A stretch of 64,000 nucleotides of DNA from Candidatus Omnitrophota bacterium (GTDB lineage: Bacteria > Omnitrophota > Gorgyraeia > Gygaellales > JBFMHM01). The notes beneath the pieces were generated by a model, which made no database searches, was not told the origin of the DNA, and saw only the letters and a list, made by a program, of their open reading frames with translations. The stretch covers positions 339,157-403,156 of the forward strand of contig JBFMHM010000001.1 of the NCBI GenBank assembly GCA_040753015.1, read 5' to 3'. Below, in pieces: positions 59,889 through 64,000 of this stretch (position 1 is its first letter; each line of letters opens with the position of its first letter). The translations under genes and the position numbers were made by a program.

Positions 59889-60587
59889 TTATTTCGCTCC
59901 TATATATTTATGCAATTGCGGGATAACACGCACATCATCCCAATAATTCAGGCATTTGTCTTGGAATAAAAATGCCTTCTTTAAAGCTTCGTCCTGATGA
60001 AAATTTGGCTGTAAAATTAATGGAATATTTTTTTCCCGCCCAAGGCGGGTCCGCCTATGGCGGATATTTTCTTTTAAAATTTCAATTGCGGTAATTAGAT
60101 CAGAGAATTTTGTTGTTGAACAAATAACTGCTTTTGTAAAAACATTCTTTGTTGCTGCAATACTTAAAAATTCACTATGTTCTCTCCAAAAACTATTTCG
60201 CTTGGTTGAGCTAGGCAGCTTAAAATCCATAGCAATAATATCGATATATTTTATGATTTCTTTTAAACTTTCGGGCAAAGTGCCATTTGTTTCGAGATAT
60301 ATAGTTCTTTTATATTTTTTTAATAGCGGCAAAACCTCTCTTAAAAAATCTTTATGCATTAGAGGCTCTCCACCTGTTAAAGCAAGCGAATGATAAGAAT
60401 GTTTAAATTTATTTATTTCTTTAATTAGGCTACCAAGTGAATATTCTTTAAAAGATAAATTTCTTGTATCGCAAAAATCGCAATTAATACAGCATCCGTG
60501 AAAACGAATAAATACCTGTGGTATCCCAGCATAAACACCTTCTCCTTGAATACTCTTAAATATCTCTGAAATTTTTGCTTTTATCAT
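59889..60587 (-). CDS. queE: 7-carboxy-7-deazaguanine synthase (radical SAM)
   Basis: 232 aa. CX3CX2C cluster motif CCINCDFC. Confidence 0.8.
   Translation of the reverse strand: MIKAKISEIFKSIQGEGVYAGIPQVFIRFHGCCINCDFCDTRNLSFKEYSLGSLIKEINKFKHSYHSLALTGGEPLMHKDFLREVLPLLKKYKRTIYLETNGTLPESLKEIIKYIDIIAMDFKLPSSTKRNSFWREHSEFLSIAATKNVFTKAVICSTTKFSDLITAIEILKENIRHRRTRLGREKNIPLILQPNFHQDEALKKAFLFQDKCLNYWDDVRVIPQLHKYIGAK
60035..60064. repeat. GC-rich twin-hairpin element inserted in frame within queE (RPE/REP-like)
   Basis: cccgcc-caa-ggcggg followed by tccgcc-tat-ggcgga. Encodes ...RHRRTRLGRE... in QueE. Confidence 0.55.
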
Positions 60588-61264
60588 TTTAATAACGGAT
60601 CTCCTAATTCAAGCGCTTCAAATGCTCTTTCTCTAAAAAGACAACTATCGCACTTTCTGCAAGGGTTTTCCCCGCCTTCGTAACACGACCAAGTTAGTTC
60701 ATAAGGCACGCCTAATCCTAAACCTAAACTTATAATTTCTCTTTTACCCTTATCAATCAAAGGCGTAAATATTTTTATTGCCTTTTTCTCAATACCTCTT
60801 TTTGTACCTAAGCTAGCGGTTTTTCTAAATGCCTTAAAAAAATTATCGCGGCAGTCTGGATACCCTGAATAATCCTGCATATGCGCGCCAATAAAAATTG
60901 CATCCGCATCGATCGCTTCAGCAAAAGACAAGGCAAAACTTAAAAAAATAATATTTCTTCCCGGCACATAAGTGTTTGGTATCTCTCTAGCACCCTGAGG
61001 AATATTTATTGCCGCATCCAAAAGGCTTGAGCCTTTCCAAGGAAAATGTATTTTAAGCAAAGTTGGGTTAAGATTAAGCGAGTTTGCAATATTAATAGCT
61101 GAATCTAATTCTTTTTTATGGCGCTGGCCATAATCAAATATTAAAGGGTAAAGTTGGTAATTTTTTGATTTAGCGATATATAGGCACGTAGCAGAATCTA
61201 TGCCGCCAGAAAGTAATATAACGGCTTTTCTATTCATCCGCCTCTCCAGCAGGGCGAGACTCAC
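60584..61264 (-). CDS. queC: 7-cyano-7-deazaguanine synthase
   Basis: 226 aa. PP-loop LLSGGIDS. C-terminal Cys cluster (CYEGGENPCRKCDSC). The N-terminal extension MSLALLERRMN derives from a GC-rich patch shared with the queD 3' end. Confidence 0.9.
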   Translation of the reverse strand: MSLALLERRMNRKAVILLSGGIDSATCLYIAKSKNYQLYPLIFDYGQRHKKELDSAINIANSLNLNPTLLKIHFPWKGSSLLDAAINIPQGAREIPNTYVPGRNIIFLSFALSFAEAIDADAIFIGAHMQDYSGYPDCRDNFFKAFRKTASLGTKRGIEKKAIKIFTPLIDKGKREIISLGLGLGVPYELTWSCYEGGENPCRKCDSCLFRERAFEALELGDPLLK

Positions 61265-61655
61265 TATAAACCGCGCAACTCGTATCCGTCTCCCAAACTC
61301 TTATTTCTTGCAATTTACACCCAGATAATTCTTTCTTTAAATTATCGTAAATATATTTTGCAATATTTTCTGAGCTGGGATTATTTTTTGTCCCGCCACT
61401 TTGTGGCGAGGTCTCGCATTTGGCGGAAAAATATTCAATATCATTCAAATACTTGTGATCGAGCATATCTAAAACTTTATTTAGTTTTTCTTTTAGAATT
61501 TTAAAATCAATAACTAATCCAATATTATTTGTCTCCTGCGCACAAACTACTGCTTCGATATTCCAATTGTGGCCATGTAATTCTTCACATTTACCATGAT
61601 ATTCACGTAATTTATGAGCAGAACTAAATTTTGATTTAACAATAAGCTTATACAT
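61230..61655 (-). CDS. queD: 6-carboxy-5,6,7,8-tetrahydropterin synthase
   Basis: 141 aa. CEELHGHNW zinc-binding motif. Contains an in-frame GC-rich insert (..AKCETSPQSGGTK..) and a GC-rich C-terminal extension. Confidence 0.85.
   Translation of the reverse strand: MYKLIVKSKFSSAHKLREYHGKCEELHGHNWNIEAVVCAQETNNIGLVIDFKILKEKLNKVLDMLDHKYLNDIEYFSAKCETSPQSGGTKNNPSSENIAKYIYDNLKKELSGCKLQEIRVWETDTSCAVYSESRPAGEADE
61391..61427. repeat. GC-rich nested-hairpin element inserted in frame within queD (RPE/REP-like)
   Basis: cgccac-ttt-gtggcg and gcgag-gt-ctcgc, flanked by tcccgcc / ggcgga. Confidence 0.55.
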
Positions 61656-62452
61656 TATATCGAAATTTTTTGGACCTCGCCCATATTACACCCTAAAAAT
61701 TGCCTTGCTTTTATTTTAAAGCCTTCTGGCTCATCGCTTACATAAAATTTTTGCCTAGAAGATACCTTTGATGTGTTTTTAATATTCATATGGTAAAGTA
61801 GATTCTTTACTTCAGAAGCAACTACTTTTGCCGAATCAACCAAGACAATACTTTTCCCCAATACTTGGCTAATTGGCATTTTCAATAAAGGATAATGCGT
61901 ACAACCTAAAACTACAGTATCGACATTATTTCTCTTAAATTCATCAAGATATGATTTTGCAATATCAACTGTAAACTGTGACTTTGTATGCCCATTTTCA
62001 ACCAATGGTACAAACAATGGGCAAGCCTTTACAAATACTTTTGCATTTTTGCTTAACTCGCTAATTTTCTCCTGATAACTTTTACTTTTTACAGTTGCCT
62101 CGGTGCCAATAATACCAATTCTATTATTCCGCGTTACCCTAACTGCTTCTTTTGCGCCTGGCTCAATTACGCCAATTAAGGGAATGCCGAAATATCCTTT
62201 AATTTTAGGAAGCGCAATACTTGATGATGTATTACAGGCAATTACAATTAGCTTAACATTTTGATTTAATAAAAAAAGTATATTATCGAGGGTAAATCGA
62301 ATAATTGTTTCTTTTGACTTTGAGCCATAAGGCAGGCGCGCCGTATCGCCAAAATAAACAATATCTTCATATGGCAGCTCATTAATCAGTTCTTTTACAA
62401 CTGTAAGCCCCCCTAACCCAGAATCAAAAACCCCAATTGGACGATTATTCAT
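61655..62452 (-). CDS. murI: Glutamate racemase
   Basis: GVFDSGLGGLTV motif. The ORF track extends it to a GTG at 62479. The ATG at 62452 (MNNRPIGVFDSG) is the more likely start, because the upstream 27 nt belong to the tmRNA 3' exon. Confidence 0.85.
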   Translation of the reverse strand: MNNRPIGVFDSGLGGLTVVKELINELPYEDIVYFGDTARLPYGSKSKETIIRFTLDNILFLLNQNVKLIVIACNTSSSIALPKIKGYFGIPLIGVIEPGAKEAVRVTRNNRIGIIGTEATVKSKSYQEKISELSKNAKVFVKACPLFVPLVENGHTKSQFTVDIAKSYLDEFKRNNVDTVVLGCTHYPLLKMPISQVLGKSIVLVDSAKVVASEVKNLLYHMNIKNTSKVSSRQKFYVSDEPEGFKIKARQFLGCNMGEVQKISI

Positions 62453-62476
62453 ATATTTATAGTGGAGGTGGCGGGA

Positions 62477-63118
62477 CACTTATCTACTTGTCATCCAAGT
62501 AGCGTGGACTATATCTTCACCCCGACGTTTTGTCGGGGGCCCGGCGTATTATAAGAGGCGTAAATTACCGCTGATTCAATTTTCTAATTTTAGCCACAAG
62601 TCTCATCTTTTTATTCAACAGAGCTTTTGTATATTTTCCAGCTCTATTAGTAACAGATTTATATTTTTCTGTTATAAGATCAGCCTGCGGTTTTTTAATA
62701 ATTAGATATCGTTTTATCTCGTTGAGAAAATCTATTGCCCTATTTTGGCAAACATACCACGCATAAGAATTATTGTGATGAGACATTCTTTTCTTCTTAG
62801 AAATAACCACTCCACCTATTTTTATTTTAATCCATTTCAGAAGCTTCAAATTATTGTTAGCTACTGAAACATATGGCGTATGTGTTTCATTTCTGTGATG
62901 TCGCATTAAAGTAACTGTACCTTCGCCATCAACAATTCCTGCCAAATATGCTTTCTCAACTTCTTTCAGCGGTTTACCTCCTATCTCCTGTTTTACAGGA
63001 AGTCTCTGCAGGGCTTTCACCCCTCAGGATTACCCATTCTTAAATAATTTAAGAATTAGGGCTTCCCTGATATAAGCCAGGTTTAGCATTTCGGATTACT
63101 CCGAAAGTCAACCTTTTG
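62477..63118 (-). other. Group I intron (~642 nt) encoding a LAGLIDADG homing endonuclease
   Basis: P1: exon UCAAU pairs with internal guide GUUGA, with U-G at the 5' splice site and a 6-nt loop. P2-like UUUCGGA-GUAA-UCCGAAA with a GNRA loop. Near the 3' end, a CCCCGAC/GUCGGGG hairpin and a CUACUUG-GAUGA-CAAGUAG (P9-like) hairpin are followed by AUAAGUG, with terminal G immediately before the 3' exon. Confidence 0.6.
62565..63020 (-). CDS. LAGLIDADG-family homing endonuclease (intron-encoded)
   Basis: 151 aa, GTG start. The YLAGIVDGEGTV motif is a single LAGLIDADG motif, so probably a homodimeric type. Confidence 0.8.
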   Translation of the reverse strand: MKALQRLPVKQEIGGKPLKEVEKAYLAGIVDGEGTVTLMRHHRNETHTPYVSVANNNLKLLKWIKIKIGGVVISKKKRMSHHNNSYAWYVCQNRAIDFLNEIKRYLIIKKPQADLITEKYKSVTNRAGKYTKALLNKKMRLVAKIRKLNQR

Positions 63119-63328
63119 ATTGAACCCGCGTCCCTAACTCAGTGCATAAAAGCGAACTACATGCGTAGGCTTACCTTTTAAATCTTGCTATTTTTACTCC
63201 GGAAGCCGGGATTAAAAATAGCCAGTCTTTTAAAACTTAGCCCGATAGCAAAGACAAACTTTTCAGGCGCAGCCTAATAAATGCCTAACGCGCCCCTTAG
63301 GCAAAAACGCATTAGGGCTTACCTCTGA

Positions 63329-63436
63329 TTAGAGAGGTAAGACTTGAGGCGCCATAGGAAGCGCACGAGGTGCTACCCCAACAAAAACTGGAGCAACAAT
63401 CTCATTTGCTGTCCTTAAAAGAGTTTCCTCTTCTGC
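63329..63436 (-). other. Candidate tmRNA tag reading frame (resume codon GCA at 63436, UAA at 63331..63329)
   Basis: The frame set by alignment to the E. coli resume context gives AEEETLLRTANEIVAPVFVGVAPRALPMAPQVLPL*. The stop lies in the loop of hairpin CUUACCUCU-CUAAUC-AGAGGUAAG. Tag length and C-terminus are atypical, so the frame is uncertain. Confidence 0.3.
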
Positions 63437-63538
63437 GTCTATGTGTGTGAGCCTGTTTAACGAGGCCTGACTCACCACCTCGGCACGCCCCTCTTATACA
63501 ACAAAGTTAAGTCGAGCCCTTTCACCCCCTAATTAATA

Positions 63539-63568
63539 AGTATAACACAAAAGTTAACGGTTTTTCAA
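63539..63568 (-). promoter_or_regulatory. Putative sigma70 promoter of ssrA overlapping the smpB 3' end
   Basis: Minus-strand TTGAAA, 18-nt spacer, TATACT, 9 nt upstream of the tmRNA 5' G. Confidence 0.4.
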
Positions 63569-64000
63569 GATGCGCTTAACTTTAAGGTTAAATTCTCTTT
63601 TTTTAATATCTTCCCGTTTGTCAAAAAACTTCTTTCCGCGGCCAAGTGCTAGCTCAATTTTGGCGAAACCCTTTTTGTTAAAATAAAGCTTTAAAGGGAT
63701 AAGCGTAAGGCCTTTTTCTTTAGTCTTTGATGCAAACTTATTAATTTGCCCTTTTTTAAGTAGTAATTTCCTTACTCTCAAAGGATCTACATTTTGATAA
63801 CTTGCTGCTAAATAAGGATTAATATGCATATTATAAAGAAAAACTTCTTCGTTCTCAATCTTTGCAAAACTATCATCAAGTGATGCCTTCGCCTCTCTTA
63901 AAGACTTTACCTCTGAACCTTTTAGTTCAATACCACATTCTAAAGTTTCTAATATAGCGTAATCACGAAATGCCTTACGGTTATTTATAATTATTTGTTT
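63554..64000 (-). CDS. smpB: SsrA-binding protein SmpB (N-terminus at or beyond the window end)
   Basis: The ORF track gives only the C-terminal 91 aa (GLTLIPLKLYFNKKGFAKIELALGRGKKFFDKRE). The same frame stays open upstream to the window edge, with typical SmpB sequence (..NRKAFRDYAILETLECGIELKGSEVKSLREAKASLDDSFAKIENEEVFLYNMHINPY..). Confidence 0.85.
   Translation of the reverse strand, partial: KQIIINNRKAFRDYAILETLECGIELKGSEVKSLREAKASLDDSFAKIENEEVFLYNMHINPYLAASYQNVDPLRVRKLLLKKGQINKFASKTKEKGLTLIPLKLYFNKKGFAKIELALGRGKKFFDKREDIKKREFNLKVKRILKNR

Larger units (their letters stand above)
62461..63529 (-). ncRNA. ssrA: tmRNA (ssrA) gene interrupted by a group I intron in the T-loop. Exon 1 is 63529..63119, intron 63118..62477, exon 2 62476..~62461.
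   Basis: 5' GGGGGUGAAAGGGCUCGAC aligns with the E. coli tmRNA 5' end (GGGGCUGAUUCUGGAUUCGAC). PK1 ...GCGUGCCGAGG..GGCCUCGUUAAA.. and ..AUAGAC GCA.. resume-codon context align with E. coli AUAGUC GCA. The 3' region ..GCAUGUAGU...GGGACGCGGGUUCAAU is then interrupted. The 3' exon UCCCGCCACCUCCA-CUA completes the T-stem and a 7-bp acceptor stem with G3-U70. It lies immediately downstream of smpB. Confidence 0.7.

Noticed and set aside
62461-62480. 9-nt identity (acctccact) between the tmRNA 3' exon and the IS-like element's terminal repeat, hinting at ssrA-targeting
   Set aside because: A 9-mer match is expected by chance at roughly 0.5 per 64 kb on two strands. There is no other similarity.
62521-62545. 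GC hairpin ccccgac-gtttt-gtcgggg as another REP-like insertion
   Set aside because: It lies within the 3' structural part of the group I intron, next to the P9-like hairpin and terminal G. It is more parsimoniously an intron core helix.
63241-63270. Plus-strand sequence gca aag aca aac ttt tca ggc gca gcc taa taa (AKTNFSGAA**), which looks like a tmRNA tag with a double stop
   Set aside because: All tmRNA structural landmarks are on the minus strand: the 5' GGGGGUG acceptor, GGGCUCGAC, PK1, the T-arm, and the G3-U70 3' end, with the adjacent smpB in the same orientation. The plus-strand motif is therefore the complement of internal tmRNA sequence and most likely coincidental.

Overview
This is an AT-rich (~30% GC) bacterial chromosome segment. 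About 70 features sit on the minus strand; the only plus-strand gene is an AsmA-like gene (54276..56774). A TolC/MacAB efflux system, AsmA/TamB-like proteins, an OMP-like barrel and LemA all point to a diderm cell envelope.

Minus-strand genes, ordered by window coordinate:
- ileS (partial, runs past base 1)
- mtnP and proC
- A complete dcw cell-wall/division cluster: mraZ-rsmH-ftsL-ftsI-murE-murF-mraY-murD-ftsW-murG-[secreted HExxH peptidase]-murC-murB-ddl-ftsQ-ftsA. It carries a recognisable sigma70 promoter and a three-repeat MraZ operator. No ftsZ follows ftsA.
- Housekeeping genes: ribF, nrnA, rbfA, cca, xerC/D, trxB, def, panD, ack/buk, a split pta (separate N-domain and catalytic genes), trxA.
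- An accessory locus: a multi-PAS histidine kinase, a pseudo-receiver::YvcK fusion, an NAD epimerase, and a GT2 synthase + HEAT-repeat protein + OM beta-barrel trio bracketed by two paralogous receiver-only proteins.
- Adenine-deaminase-like protein, DEAD-box helicase, macB-macA-tolC.
- crcB, then a 1-kb IS-like element that encodes a Y1 (HuH) transposase with a DnaA-C-like tail, bounded by 27-bp perfect inverted repeats.
- A tRNA cluster: His, Arg, Pro, plus a 5' Pro fragment.
- M48 peptidase, LemA, rdgB, rph, split class I fumarase, queF-queE-queC-queD, murI.

The main finding is at the right edge: smpB is followed by an ssrA (tmRNA) gene whose T-loop is split by a ~640-nt group I intron carrying a LAGLIDADG homing endonuclease. 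The exons rebuild a canonical tRNA-like domain, including the G3-U70 alanine identity pair.

A second recurring theme is short GC-rich palindromic elements (RPE/REP-like) inserted in frame into ileS, murF, queE and queD, at the queD/queC junction, and into a tRNA-Pro remnant.

All coordinates and calls come from reading the sequence and the ORF translations. No database searches were run.
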